From assembly GCF_009914755.1 (NCBI RefSeq), contig NC_060940.1: a stretch of DNA of 64,000 nt; one strand, written 5' to 3'. This document shows, piece after piece, positions 44,644 through 60,049 of the stretch (position 1 is its first letter; every line of letters begins with the position of its first letter). The DNA is from the human T2T-CHM13v2.0 reference genome, Homo sapiens. The notes below the pieces were generated by a model that ran no database searches, was not told the DNA's origin, and was given only the letters and a program-made list of their open reading frames with translations. The position numbers were made by a program, and so were the translations under genes.

Positions 44644-45824
44644 GGCCAGCCCCTGGGGCCTCCTTAGATAAGGAAGAGAAAGGAGACCTTGCCTCAAGCT
44701 CAGAAACTGGTTAAAACACGAGCCCAGTCACCTAGTGATAAGCAGTGCTTGGTTCTATTAACTCTGACAACATAGTACTATCTTGGGCAGAGCTCTTTGG
44801 AGAAGCAGGTTGGCTAACTGGCCAACCTCAGTTGATTCTCATGGTCTTGGAACTTTCCTGGGGGTCCAACTTCCTCCGTTCTGCCCCTCTTTTTTCTCTA
44901 CCTTCTATCGTTTTATTCTTTGTCTCCTTTATTTTTCTTCAGCAAATATTTTTGAGCACCTATTGTTAACAATTCAACCAATATTTATTGGGTGTTTGCT
45001 CGGTGCCACTTACAGTTCTAAGTGCTGGAGATACAGCAGTGAACTAGCCAGACAAGCTGTCATAGAGTTTCCAATTTAGTGGCAGTGGGGTAGTCCAGTA
45101 GGCATGAAGCCAGGCAGGTACCAGTTGTTGAGGTGGTGGTAGTTCCACCCAGTACTAGGAAGATAACATTCTTATCCCCATTTTACAGATGAAGACACTG
45201 AGGCAAGAGAGCTTAAATTAATTGCCTGAGGTCTCACAGGTAGGCTGGGATCTCTGTGAGATCTAGGAGTGCCAGAGCCACTTGGGTCCAGCCACCCACA
45301 CCTCTTCCCTGTGCCTCAGGCTGGGATGACACCCAGAGCCTCTCCTTTCTCCCTCACCTGGGCCCAGAGACCACCTCCTTCCCTCTCCTTGCATTGCTGC
45401 TGCCCATGCTAACCGAAGGAGCCTCGCCGTGGGGCGGATGTGGCCTCCCCAGTGGCCCACTTCCTCCTGCTTCTGCCAACAGCAGCATTGGCCCCTATGA
45501 TTTGAAGTTTTTTTTTTTTTTTTTTTTTTTTTTTTCTGTTGATCCCTCTAGCGGCACCAGATGTGGGTGGGGTGGAGGGTGGGTACACCCACACTCCCTT
45601 AAGCCTGGAAGTAACCTAGGTTCCAGACTCTGTGTGTCCCTGAATGGTAATAGTGACTCTCTTCTTAGCTGTCTGTCCCACTGGGTCCTCCCACTCCCCA
45701 ACTGGTGCTCCTGCTTTTCCTCAGAATGGGGGACATAAATCTCCTTCTAGTCCCAACCCATTGTCAGGCAGGGCTTCCTCCTGGAGGGCTGACTTCCCAG
45801 GACTGGGCCAGCTAAAAGCTAAGC

Positions 45825-46030
45825 AGTATGGGTAAGAGCACGGGGTTCTGGAGTCAGACAGACCTAAGTTCAAACCCCAGTACTGCCGTGGACAAGCTGT
45901 GTGGCCTCAGACAAGTTGATTAACCTCTCTGAGTTCCTTTTAAAATAGGCTGAGGTCTGTAGGGATAAGGTACCTGAGGTCTTAGTGCCTGGCACAGAGT
46001 AAACCCACGTGTTGGCTGTTTCCATTATTG
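45825..46030 (+). mobile_element. MIR
   Basis: TCTGGAGTCAGACAGACCT..TTCAAACCCCAG..GCTGTGTGGCCTCAGACAAGTT..TTAACCTCTCTGAG. Confidence 0.75.
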
Positions 46031-46809
46031 GGTAGAACAGAGGGGCCTCCTGGCATCAGTGGGCATTTTGGGCCTGCTGCTGTCTTGTCTATCTAGGCCT
46101 TGGTTTTGCCTTTCAGGCTGGTGCCTCTTTGCAGTTTCACTTTAGCAAGTGAAACTTTATTTTTCCTGTTTCTCCTGATCTGTTTCCTCCTTATTTTCCA
46201 TAGTGAATAATCACACATAAGCCTTTCTTTTCTCAGGGCAAGGTTGCTGTCTGTGAAGGAGTGGAATGCCTGAGCATCCCTGGTAGGAAAGGAAGAGTGA
46301 CCAGCATCAATGGCGTACTCTATTCCCTGAGTAGCAAGCCCTCTTCCCGCCTTGTCCCTGGCTCCCACACCTGTTATCCTGCCGGCAGTCATCTCCAGTA
46401 TCCCAGGGGAGCCATAGGGATGGGTGTTTGAATATAAGAACACTCTGCAGCTCAGATATGCGGCATTACTTTTCCTGTTTGACTCAGTTCTGCAGAGGGT
46501 TGCTGAGTGACTGTCATGTGCAAAGCACGTGGGAGGAAAGATGAATAATGAGAGCAATCAAATGCCCATTCCCTTGCATCCAGGGTGCTCTACTAGACCT
46601 GCGTTCTTCCATCATTCTTTCAGCCCACGTGGTTGCCAATACTGGGAGTTATCAGTCTTTTCCATTTTTGCCAATCTAATGGATAAAATATCTTGTATTA
46701 ATTTGCATTTCCCAGATATTCATGAGATTAGGCATACGCTTTTTGGGCACTTGTATTTTTTTCTCTGGGAATTCCCTCTTCGTATTACTTTGTCAATTTT
46801 TCTAGTGGC

Positions 46810-47094
46810 TTTTTTATTTGAGACAGGGTCTTCCTCTGTCACCCAGGCTGGGGTACAGTGTCCAGATCACAGCTCACTGTAACCTCAACTCCAGTGATCT
46901 TCCCACCTTAGCCTCCCTAGTAAATGGGACTACAGGCACACACCACTATGCCAGGCTTTTTTTTTTTTTTTTTTGTAGAGACAGGGTTTTGCCATGTTGC
47001 CCAGGCTGGTCTTAAACTCCTGGGATCAACTCATCCTCCCAACTTAGCCTCCCAAGGTGCTGAGATTACAGGCATGAGCCACTGCACCTGGTCC
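46810..47094 (-). mobile_element. AluJ within an antisense L1M fragment
   Basis: antisense Alu; flanks TTTTTGCCAATCTAAT..TAATTTGCATTTC. Confidence 0.88.
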
Positions 47095-49238
47095 CCTGTC
47101 TTTTTTTTTTTAATTAATTGATAGTAACTCTTTATATATTCTAGATGCCAATCCGTGATTTAGTCTAAAAATAAATCCCCTTGGTCTGTCCTATGTCTTT
47201 TCTTTTGGTTTATGAAATCTTTTGTAATACAGGAACGTCACACTTCCACAGTCAAATGTGTCAGTCTTCTAAATAGATATAGGTACCTTGTATATACTCC
47301 TTGATATATCACATTGATTGGTGGTGACCTGTTTGTCTCCCTGGCTGTCAGACTGTGAGAAACTTGAGGGCAGGGGCTGTACTTTATTCTTCTCTGTCTC
47401 TCTAGGGACTAGTGCAAAGCTGGGCACAGAGTTTTGTGCCTGAATGAGTTTTTTTTGTGTGTAAACGTGGTATAAAACAGGTCTTGTGACTGAATGAGGG
47501 AATGAATGAAAAAGCCCTGTCCTGCCCTCCCTGCAGAGATGGGGTCTGCTGCAGAGATGGGAGTGAGTCAGGGAGTGAATCACAAGCTCTTCCGTGGCTC
47601 AGCTGACATTTCAAAAGCCCTGAGCAGAGAAGCCCCCCTCATTCCAAGAGAGCCTCCGCCTCTTTGAGCAGGCACAGTGAAGCTCTGCTGATTATCAAAC
47701 TCTGTGTGTGTATGTGCACGCACGTCAGGGGTTTAGCAGTTAAAACTCTTAGTGCTGCATATTCTGCGTATGTGTGAACAAGGCTTTAAAAAATCTCTCA
47801 GAGGACCTGTGTATGTGTGTGGGTGCTGGGGGCTGCATAGAGAGAGAGTTAAAAGAGATGAGGGGGTGTTTAGAATCGTTGCAATGTATTGCATTTGTTT
47901 CTGGGAGGGTGGGGCGACTGGAGGGGGTTAAATAGCTCCCAGAGGCGCTCTTGTGAGCGGAGCTTCCTGAAATCTCTTTATCTGTGGCCACATGCTGTTC
48001 TTGGTTGTCCACGTGGTTCCCTGGTGTCCCTGTTGCTGAAGGCACTTCTGTTTTGTTCTTGGAGGCTTGGCTTCTCATTGCCATTTTCTAAAGCAGTAGA
48101 GAGTGCCAGTTAGATTGTTAGACCCAAATAATCTGAAATGTGTGAAAAAATAGTAAATATTTACTGTACCTTTTGTGGAACAGGTTATTGCCATGGAAAT
48201 GCACTGTACACGAATCTGGATGATGGAGGGAAGCTGGCTCAGGAGCTATGGGAGTGTTTGGATACCATGCCGCCTGAATTGGCAGGTTTAGGAGTGAGTG
48301 CCGTGGGTTTAGAATCACAGTGTGGTTGGGTGAGGCTGAAACACTTGGTCCCCAGTCAACCTGTACTGAGAGGGGCATTTATTCATTGCTTCCCACATGC
48401 AGGGTGCTTCCTAGAGCATTCTCCATGCATTATTGCGTTTAATCATCATGCCACCCCAATGAGGTGCCATTATCCTCCCTGTTTTACGGAGACACAGAGT
48501 GTTTGATCTACTTGCTTGAAGGTACGCAGTCAATGAATGGCAGAGCCCCCTGACTCTGTTCTCTGGAGCTTGATCCTTCCCTGCTCAGCTGTTTCTCTCA
48601 CTGTGATTTACCCTAGAGAAAGCTAACCAGCTGTCTACCGGGGTTTTATTTTCCAATATTGACTTCGGGGCTGACATTTAGAAACCATCAACAATTTCCA
48701 GCTTCTCTTGAAAATGTGCACAATCTGGCTACTGTGTGGGGCTTCCCTAGTGGCTGCTCCCGAGCAGCCATCCAGGTTAGCCGGGCATCAGCTCTGCAGT
48801 TGGCGCTGGGCATCCTCCTGTTGCAGCTGGGGAGAAAGCATGGGGTATCACACCCAGGGGCTCCTTGAATTAATTGAGAACTGTCTGTTGAGAGCTCCTC
48901 ATCCTGTTAGACATGACATTTAATTTAGCTGTTGTTTTCATTTGCCAATTAGAGCTTTTGAGATTCTTTTGATTTTCTTCCTGTGGTCTCAAGGAATTTG
49001 TGGGTGGTTGAGTGAAGATCTTCATGGCAGGAAAGGAAGGCTGCAACAGGAGATGTAATGCGTGAGCACATTCATTCATTCATTCATTCATTTACTTGTT
49101 TATTCATTTGTTCAACATATTCATTGAGTATTGGATGTTGAAGTTACAACAGTGGAAGTATGGCAATAAATAAGACAGACCCAGTCACTGCTCTCAAGGA
49201 GCATATAGTCAAAGAGGGCAGTCAGACATCAACTATGA

Positions 49239-49626
<388 letters not shown>

Positions 49627-50147
49627 AGGGAAGGCATCGATCTTAGACTGACTTAGTGGTGTCTAGGTCTCTGAAGGAGGTGTCAGAGAAGGTCTCCTTG
49701 GCTAATCTTTGTGACCACCGGAGCTCTGTTAGTTTCATAAGACATAAGTCTCAGCAACTGTTGCAGAAAGACCCTTCCTCAGTAAGGATGATGGGCTCCT
49801 CGGGCTCTTGCCCTTCCCGTCCTGGGAGGAACCTTCTATCAAGAGCCATGGCTAGTCATTTCATCCATTGGGAATGAGCTTACTGGCTCCATTTATGAGA
49901 GTTAGTTTAGACTGAGGAGTAAAGGAGGAGTGAAGGAGTTTGGGAGTTGTCAGTGATAAGCATGCACATTTGGAGTTGACAGGACAGCATGGACACTAGA
50001 GCCTGAACACCTTAGTTCAGCTTAGCTGCACTGCCTATTATGTGATACTGGGCTGGTTTCTTAACTGTTCTATGCCTCAGTTTCCCCATCTGAAGTTGGG
50101 AATAAAATACTCATCTCATAGGGTTATTGTGAAGAGTAAATGAGTCA

Positions 50148-50814
<667 letters not shown>

Positions 50815-51506
50815 TCAATTCATTGCTCTTCCCAGGCAAGTCCTTCAATGGTTATGGGGTGCCGCGCTTGCCCTCATCCCCAGCTGAGTGTTCTGCGTTT
50901 GGGGACTTGTGTTTATAAGTGTGGGAGGCTGTCCCCTGGGGGTTACTGCCCAGACAGTTAGGGTTGTCCATAATAACAGAAAAGTGCATGGAGAGAGAAG
51001 GTGCAGGTCCGCCTATTTGATGTTGGGTAGGATGTGCTGCTTGATGACCGGTGAAACATTTACTTCTCCCACCATGGGCGAGACCTTGGATGTGTCCTTT
51101 ACCTCTCTCTTTGTCACTTCTGTCCTGAACTGCCCATGAGTGACCAGGGGCTTCCGACAGAAGTGTCTCACAATCCAACCACACAGCAGAAAGGCATTTT
51201 CCTTTGGATTTGAGCTTTGTCCCTGCACTGACTTTTTGTGTCATCTCCTCTTCATTCAATGTGAGATACTCACCTTGATTCATAGAATGTTTTCTCATTC
51301 CAGGTTTGTATTTTTTTAATCACCAAAAGAAGCACTTATCATAAAAGACTGTGATGATGTATAACTGTGTATTTAGTTTGAAAATCTTCACCTTATAGAA
51401 GCAATAAACAATATTTAGGTGTATTATCCTGTGAAATTTTTATAAATATAAGACTTTATTACGAATAAACAAAAAAAGAGATCATATCCTATATACTTTT
51501 TTTATA

Positions 51507-51716
51507 ATTTTTTTTGAGAGAGGGCCTTGCTGTGTCATCTAGGCTGAAGTGCAGTGGTGTGATCTCAGCTCACTGCAACCTCCACCTCCAGGGCTCAATC
51601 CTCCCACCTCAGACTCTCAAGTAGCTGGGACTACAGGCACGCGCCACCACGTCCAGCTAATTTTTGTAATATTTTTTTTTTGTAGAGATGGGGTTTTGCC
51701 CTGTTGCCCAGGCTAG
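51507..51716 (-). mobile_element. truncated AluJ
   Basis: antisense right arm plus part of the left arm. Confidence 0.85.
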
Positions 51717-52089
51717 TAACTTTTTCCCTTATTAATACCTTATTTAGATCCACCTTATGTTTTAAATGGCTGCAGAGTGTTTCATAATATGGCCACCATA
51801 TTATTTACATTCATATTTATAATTTGTCTAAAACATTAGCAATAGGCATTTGGATTATTTCCAAGTTTTCTCTATAATGAACAGTGCAACAGTGAACACT
51901 CTTGGGCACTGTAGTGGGGATTTCCATAGAACAATTCTTAGAAATGGGGTGTTTAGGGCAAAGGATATTAACATTTTTAGTTGTAATAGATATTGCTAAA
52001 TTGCTCTCAAATGTTGTGCCAATTTATGCACCCACCAACAGCGCACGAAAGTGCCTCTTAGAAAATGTCTTTTAGAAGATAAAATACCT

Positions 52090-52354
52090 ATTGTTAAGCC
52101 ATGAAACACATTTCAAATAATTGCTAAAATTTTTCTAGCTGTGGCATAAGAGACAAGAGTCCTGAGGAGGACTGAAAGGTCTTGGGATGCAGGGGAGCTT
52201 AATGTATTAAAAGGTGACATTTTGGATCAGTAGGAAAAAAAATGGCTTATTTAATACATGGTGCTGGCATAATTGGGAGGCCATGTGGAAGGATGCTGAG
52301 TTTGATTCCTAACTCATACAAAAATAAATTACAGGTGGAGTAAGCTATAGGCAG

Positions 52355-52385
<31 letters not shown>

Positions 52386-52550
52386 TATTAGAGGAAGTTT
52401 TAGGAGCATACTTCTGTAACCTTGAGTGAGGGAAATCCAGAAGCCATAAAGAAAAAGATTAGACAGTTTCAATTATGTAAAAATAATTTAATCTTTTAAA
52501 AGGAGAATGTATTCATGAATTGCTTATATAATAAGAAAGACTATTAAAAA
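52090..52550 (+). mobile_element. old L1M ORF2 3' fragment
   Basis: AAAGGTGACATTTTGGATCAGTAGG..TTATTTAATA.ATGGTGCTGG..CAAAAATAAATT..CCAGAAGCCATAAAGAAAAAGATT. Confidence 0.7.
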
Positions 52551-53331
52551 TAGGTCCAGTAGATAATGTACAATGGTTTCCAATGTGAATAAAGTTGAAG
52601 TTAATAAAGAAAAGAAAGTTTTAGGACATGTCAGGGAGTTTTTGTTCAAGGATTGAGATTCTGCAATGTTTATTCTAAATAAAGATGAATGATAGACTAG
52701 TGCACATGTAGTAAACTAGTAAATGTGTAGCCCATAAACCTTGTAAGCCCTGGAAGGGTAAAGAAAAAGGGAAGGAAATGTTGTTTTCTGCCTCTTTATT
52801 TTTTGTTGTTTTGAGAAAGTTGAGTACCCACCCAAAGCCCCAGGTGTCCCAGGAGAGAGAAGATTGAAAACATGCCATCAAAACAGGAGCTTCAGCCTCA
52901 GCCACAAGCTCCAGTGTTTACTGGGGGCCAGTGCCCTTATTCCCACGTGAAGCATCTGCCTTTTTTGCCCCCTTGAAGTCTGAGTCTCTCGTCTGTTCCT
53001 GGAGATTTTTAGCCAAGCCCCTCCTCCCCACCCCTCACCTTAGTATTTGTACCACCCTCTGAATCAACCCCAAAGACACCCCTTTGTACTCTTCCCTTCA
53101 TCTGGCCATCACCAGGGTACTGTGGTCATTGAAGCTGAGTGTGTGCCCTCACTTTCCGTAAACTCACAGTTCCTTTATTCTGCACCTTCAGGGATTGCAA
53201 ATCGTTAAGGGTATGCCTTCAAATACCAGCCCTCTGACTTCCTAGCTCAATAACCTCACACAGCTCTATATCTCAGTTTCCTCATCTGAAAAACAGTCAT
53301 GAAATGGCACCACCTCCTAGCATTAATGTGA

Positions 53332-53978
<647 letters not shown>

Positions 53979-54254
53979 TCTTTTTATTATTATACTTAGC
54001 ACGGCACTTGGCACTTAGGAAATGTTCAGTATATGTTAGCTATTATTGGCTACTGTTATTTCTTCTTCTTCTCCTCCTCTTCTTCTTTCTCCTCTTATTC
54101 CTCCTCCTCCCCCACTCCCTTCCACCCCCTCTTCTTATTCCTCCTCCTTCTCCTCATTATTATTTTAAGTACCTCCTTACCAATGCCTACAGAAATAGAC
54201 TGACCTAGTACCAGGATCTAGAGGAGTTCAATCAAGTTCGTCTGTTGCCTTCAA

Positions 54255-54495
54255 GGTAACAGCGTAGTGGTGGTTCCGAGCCAGATGCCAGACCCAGTCT
54301 GCCTTTGTTCAAATCCTGGTTTTACACTTAATACTGTAGGTACCTCGGGCAAGTTACCTAACATTTCTTCACCTCAATTTCTCCATTTGTAAAATGTATA
54401 TAATGATAGTACCTACCACGCATGGTTGTTAGGAAGATTAAATCAATTAATATTTGTAAAGTAGAGCAGCCGGCTCATTGTAAGTATTGGGAGTA
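54255..54495 (+). mobile_element. MIR
   Basis: AGCGTAGTGG..TTCAAATCCTGG..GGGCAAGTTACCTAAC..GTAAAATG..ATAGTACCTACC. Confidence 0.75.
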
Positions 54496-55289
54496 TTGGT
54501 TAAAATAATTACAAAATAAACAATCTCACTTAGATACATCCCTTACCCCCTGTGGATTATGTCAAGGGTGAAAGAAACAGTGTGCTTGAAATCCTGCTGT
54601 GCGCCGAGCTGTATATCAGAGGTGTTATGGTGATTCGTCATCATTCTCCTGACCACTTTCCATTTTTCTTTTAGAGTCAACACTGGCCAATCTTTAGGGA
54701 GGAGCTCTGATCATTGAGAAACTGACACTGTGGAAGGGGGCATTTCTGACTCTCTCTTCCTAGCTCCATTTGATCTTCCTAAATCTTTCAATAATGTGTC
54801 ATTGGGGTAGGACCAAAGAAAAACGGGGTGAATGTACGGTTGCTGCTTTGTTTCCCATAGTGGGAGTGACTCTGATGTTTCACAAAGGCAGGGGTGGAGA
54901 GGCAGCGCCTCGCAGGAAAGCCTTCTTGCTAAATCGAGGACTTCTGCACAGAAATAGATACAAACTTGCTTACTGTTTAAATAGAATATTAGCGATTATC
55001 TTTTATCCAGCTGGAGTCTCCTCGGTTTGGTACTGCCTCAAATGAGCAGCCTGCAATCTTGGGTGTCACTTCCTCACTGGTTCTGCTTTCCATAACTCTG
55101 TGTTGAAATCACTCCCCCAGAAGGTCACCAAAAGGGAAAATATTAGTGTGTGTTTATTGGCACGATCTTGCAGGTGCTGGGCTAAGTGTAGACATGATTT
55201 ATTTTCATTTAATCTTCAAGGTAGTTCTAGGCGATGTCCCCCCACTTTGCAGATGGGGACACTGATGTGCAGGAAATGAAGTGACATGC

Positions 55290-56243
55290 TGTAGCACTGT
55301 TGGTGCTCTGCTGTGTCCCCTCACCCTTCCATTTCATTGCATTCTGGCCTGGCTTCCAATGGGCAGCAACTGCAGCTGTTCACCTGAGGGCTTGCTCTGC
55401 CGTAGTCCATTCGGTCCATAGGCATGTCAGGCTGTGGAAGCACAGGAGGAGAGGTGAGGGATGGTGCAGGAGAGAGGAGAGGATGATTAATGTCCCCCAG
55501 GGCCCATCCTCAACCAATGACTTATGGGAAACAACCTCCTAGAGTTGTATTAAGCTCCAGTGACCCAGAATGGTAACAAGCTCACAAACACTTCCTTTTT
55601 TAAAAAATTTCACAAAAATACTTTATTATACCCATACCTCCTTGTTTTAGCCCATCCCAGTACGGTGGTATCTTCAGAACACTTCCACTTTCCCCTCTCC
55701 TCACCTCTTCCCTCCCACCCTTGAGATGTAATCTTTGGACCACTTTTACTTCTTTGCTTTCTCTCAGCACCCTTTCTCCCCTACTCTATGGTGACTTTGT
55801 GTTTTTGAATTGAAGTCGTTTCATGTCTGTGTCTTTTTTTTTTCTTCAACTGTTATTTTAAGTTCTAGGGTACATGTGCAGGATGTGCAGATTTGTTACA
55901 TAGGTAAACACGTGCCATGGTGGTTTGCTGCACAGATCGACCCATCACCTAGGTATTAAGCCCAGCATCCATTAGCTATTCTTCCTGATGCTCTCCCTCT
56001 TCCCTCCCCACTCTGACATGGCCCAGTGTGTGTCATTCCCCACCACCAAATGTCCATGTGTTCTCATTATTCAGCGCCCACTTATAAGTGAGAACATGCA
56101 GTAAAACACTGCCTTTATAGGCTTCCTTCCCTTCACTGTCTTACTTCCCCACTCCCTACTGCTGCTCTCTGGGATCACCTCTCACAGAAGCTGTTTGTAC
56201 TTTAATCATTGTCTGAGAGTCTGGGGTATCCCAAACTAAGATA
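55290..56243 (+). mobile_element. LTR16/LTR33-like ERVL LTR, fragmented
   Basis: CCTCAACCAATGAC; GGCTTCCTTCCCTTC..TGGGATCACCTC..CCCAAACTAAGA. Confidence 0.5.
55833..56102 (-). mobile_element. L1PA 3' end (intermediate age)
   Basis: TTTAAGTTCT.GGGTACATGTGCAGGATGTGCAG..CCCACTTATAAGTGAGAACATGCAG. Confidence 0.88.
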
Positions 56244-56453
56244 ATTGCCCAAGGTCTTAGCTAAATTCAACAGCCCTATTTGTCTTTATCCTCCTTGTGG
56301 CAATGCCACTACTAATGGATGTCCCTTCTTAAAATTCTTCCCCATTTTGGCTTTTGTGACACGTAATAGAATTCTTCTACTTCTGATTATTTCTTTCCTT
56401 TTTCATTAATTGGCAGCTCTTTCTTTTTAAAAAAATTTGCTAGATTTTTGCTT

Positions 56454-56578
56454 ATTTTTTTTTTTAAGAAATGAGGTCTCATTATGTTGCGCAGACTGGC
56501 CTTGGAATCCTAGGCTCAAGCGATCCTCCCATCTCGTCCTCCGAAGTGCTGGGATTACAGGCGTGAGCCACTGTGCCC
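56454..56578 (-). mobile_element. Alu left monomer (FLAM/AluJ)
   Basis: single monomer, GGCTCAAGCGATCCTCCC..GCTGGGATTACAGGCGTGAGCC. Confidence 0.8.
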
Positions 56579-57016
56579 ATCTTTCTTTTCCTTTCTTTAG
56601 CCACCCAGTTTTAGGTACCTCCAGTATCCCAGTATTTTAGTTGTAAGTGACAGAAAATCTGACTCAAATTGGTTTATGTATAACAAAATGTAAGTTATTG
56701 GATCACATACTTGGGAATCTTAGGATAGGTGGCTTCAGGGAAGATATGATCAAGGTGTTCAGCAATCTGATTCTCTCTCCATCATGATTCAGCTTTCCTC
56801 TGTATTGCTTGATTCTCAGGCATGTGCTTGACTAATGAGGCAACAACAACTTGCAGGTCCAATCTTATCTTCATCAATGGTATCTTAACTACATCAGTGG
56901 TATAGGACTGCTTCTTTCCTTAGAGTCCCACTGTAAGTTTTGGGTTTCATTCTCATTGGCCTGTGTTGAGTGATGTATACATTTCTAAACCAATCACAGT
57001 TGCCACGGAGATGTAA

Positions 57017-57255
57017 TACAGGTTGAGCATCTCTTATCCAAAATGCTTGGGACCAGAAGCATTTCTGAGTGTGGATTTTTTTTTTCTTCAGATTTTGAAC
57101 TATTTGCATTTTACTTGCCAGTTGAGCATCCCAAATCCAAAAAGTTAAAATCCAAAATGCTCCAATGAGCCTTTCCTTGGAGCATCATGTCAGTGCTCAA
57201 AAGGTTTTGGGTTTTGGAGCATTTCACATTTTGGGTTCCTGGATTTGGGGTGCCC
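57017..57255. mobile_element. Tigger4a/MER46 (TcMar) inserted in an MLT1K-like LTR
   Basis: TACAGGTTGAGCATC.CTTATCC.AAATGCTTGGGACCAGAAG..GAGCATCATGTCAGTGCTCAAAA. Confidence 0.85.
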
Positions 57256-58104
57256 TCATTTCCCAGGCTGGGTCACATAATCACCCTTGGAGCTAAGGTT
57301 AGAGTTGAGCCCTACTCCATAAGGACTGAGAGTGGGGAGAGGTGATTTCGCAAAGGAAAGTCAAAGTGCTGTCACATGAGGGGATGGGTACTGGAGAGGC
57401 AAAAACAACAGATGTTCATACTCCACATCTCTGGGTTCATTTATCTGCTCTTCTCTTTCTCTGTGAATCATCTGATGATTTCCACTCCTGCCTGCCTGAG
57501 TAGGACTCTGAAACTCCTGCCTCCAGATCTGACTCCACTTCTGAGTTGTAGCCTCCTTTCCCCCACCCTCTAGAGTTAGGCATTTCCATTTGGTGGTGCC
57601 ATGCAGACCTGAAACTCAGTGTGCCACAACCCTCGCCACCTCCCACCTGGTTTCGCTCCCTAACGTCCCTGTCTTTGTCAGTGGTGCCAGTTGGGTTTCC
57701 ATCTCTCCCTCATCCGTCCCAACCCCCACCTAATTTCCAGCCCCATTGTGCTGCTTTTGATTCCTTGAATGCACCTTTGCAATGCTTTTCCTTGGTTTGT
57801 AACCCTCTTTAGCATATTCTTGGTTTGGTGAACCCCTGGCCATATTTAGATATCAGCTCAGAATTCACTTATTTGGGAACCTCTAACCTGGTCACCCATC
57901 TCTGCCAAGCCTGAGTTAGATGCTCTTTCCCTGAGTTCTACTAGGCCTTCATCTCGTCTACCACAGCACTTCTCACTCAGACTCCAATGACTGGCTCCAT
58001 TGCCTGCCTTCCCCGTAAGGGCAGGGGCACATCTGTGTAATTCACCATTGTATCTTCAGCAGTCCAGCCTGACAATTGAGTCTAGGCTGGTGTCCAACAA
58101 ACCA

Positions 58105-58512
58105 GTCTTTGTTTTTTTTTTCTTTTATTTTAATTTTGATAGTTTTGGGGGAGCAAGTGGTTTTTTTGGTTACATGGATAAGTTCTTTCATGGTGATTTC
58201 TGAGATTTTGGTGCACCCATCACTGTAACAGTATATGTGGTATCCAATATGTAGTCTTTTATTCTTCACCCCCTCCCACCATTCCCCGGAGTCCTCAAAG
58301 TCCATTATATCACTCTTATGCTTTTGCATCCTCATAGCTTAGCTTCATTTACAAGTGAGAATATATGGTATTTGGTTTTCCAGTCCTGAGTTACTTCCCT
58401 TAGAACAATGGCCTCCAACTTCATCCAAGGTGCTGCAAAGGCCATTATTTCGTTCCGTTTTATGGCTGAGTAGTATTCCATCATGTATGTGTACCACATT
58501 TTCTTTATCCAC
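58105..58512 (-). mobile_element. L1PB 3' end
   Basis: GGTTACATGGATAAGTTCTTT..GGTGATTTCTGAGATTTTGGTGCACCCATCAC. Confidence 0.88.
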
Positions 58513-58519
58513 TAGAGAT

Positions 58520-58740
58520 AAACCAGGTTTTGAATTCAGGATCCACCTCTCCTGAGCTGTGAGCACATGGGCAAGTTTCCTCACCAGTCCAAGCCTGTTT
58601 TCTCATCTCTAAAATGGAGACAATGACGGTTCCTCCCTCACTGAGCACTTGTGAGAAGTAAGTGGTGATCACGGTTACAAAGTGTTCAGCACAGTGCCTG
58701 GAACACGGTAAGCGTTCAATCAGTGCCAATGATCATTTAT
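58520..58740 (+). mobile_element. MIR
   Basis: GGGCAAGTT..GTTTTCTCATCT.TAAAATGG..AGCACAGTGCCTGG.ACA..GTAAGCG.TCAAT. Confidence 0.7.
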
Positions 58741-59429
58741 TATACTCACTATGAACATTATTTTTACCTCATGCAGTGTCTAGAACATAATCAACTCTCA
58801 ACAAATGACAGCTCTTATTATTAGCCAAGAATGGAACCTGAAACATAGTACGCTCCATGGATCATTGAAGCTTTGTTTTTGAAAGTTTGAAATTAACAAA
58901 AAGAGCCTTTGATGTTTCCCTTGCTGCACATTCTTCCCCTCCAGGTGGAGTGGGCAGTTTCCACTGGGTGCTGGAACCAACCCTCCTGTAGTTGGAGGTG
59001 ATCTTCTCTGATGTCACTAGGGTGCCGAGGTGATGTGTCACCAGCACTTGTTTGCTTGTGTGATGTAATGAGGGTGGACTTGCTTCTCCTAGGGAAGAGC
59101 CTCATTAAGGTTAGCAAGGGGCTTGTTCCTGGGAAGTTCTAAGGACCGCCTGGGGCTGCCACATAAGGAACTCCCCTTTTCTCATTTTGTCTCCGGTAAG
59201 TTGTTATTGATCTGTACATGATGTTTCTCTTTCTTACCAGCCGTGGGAATGGGCCATCCTCTGGCATCACTGTTGCCTTGAACGTTACCATCACCACCGT
59301 TGCCATGAAGTCATGACAGCAGCACCATTGGCTCTGGTTTATTGGGTGTCTACCATGGACAGTAGTAGGGCTAGACATTTAGTATACTCCAGGGCTACTG
59401 CGGGGATTAAATGAGGTATGAAGCATCTA

Positions 59430-59640
59430 TAACCCCACGGTCCAATAGGGTAGCCACTAGCCATGTGTGCCTACTGAGATATACATTTTAATTAAAGTTA
59501 AATAAAGAAAAAATTCAATTTATCATGCACAGTAGCCACATTTCAAGTGCTCAGTATGTGCTCATGGCTGATGTAGCTGGCAGTGAAGATGGGGAACATT
59601 GTCATCATCACAGAAAATTCTTCCACAGCGCTGATCTAGA
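59430..59640. mobile_element. MER3
   Basis: GTCCAATA.GGTAGCCACTAGCCA.GTGTG..TAGCCACATTTCAAGTGCTCA..CATCACAGAAA.TTCT..ACAGCGCTG. Confidence 0.8.
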
Positions 59641-59649
59641 TAGAACAGG

Positions 59650-59865
59650 ATTCAGTCCGCTGTGGCTTGTGGATCCATGGACTGAATTCATACACACAGA
59701 ATTTTGTGGGAACACAGCTGTGCCTGTTTGTTTATGCCTTATCTATGGCTGCCTTTGCGCTACAAGGATGGAATTGAGTAGTTGTGACAGAGACCATGTG
59801 GCCTGCAAAACCTAAAATACTCAGTCTCTTATCCTTGAAGAAAAAGTTTGTCAGCCTCTGGTCTA
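59650..59865 (-). mobile_element. MER58A-like
   Basis: GGAACACAGC..TCTATGGCTGC.TT..GAGTAGTTGTGACAGAGACC..GGCCTGCAAAA. Confidence 0.75.
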
Positions 59866-60049
59866 GAACATTGCCTGGCTCTTGGTAAGGTTAAATACAT
59901 GTTTGGAACTTTTTATTTATTGAAAATAATATACATTTTGTTCTCCACCTAACCTTTTAAGGTAAGTATTGTTATCCCTGTCCTAGAGATGAGAAAACTG
60001 GGACTGGAATTCTGTACTGTCACTTCCAGGGGGCAAACACCTCATGAGG

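Noticed and set aside
59196-59240. GTAAGT...CTTACCAG donor/acceptor pair
   Set aside because: About 45 nt, too short for a typical mammalian intron.
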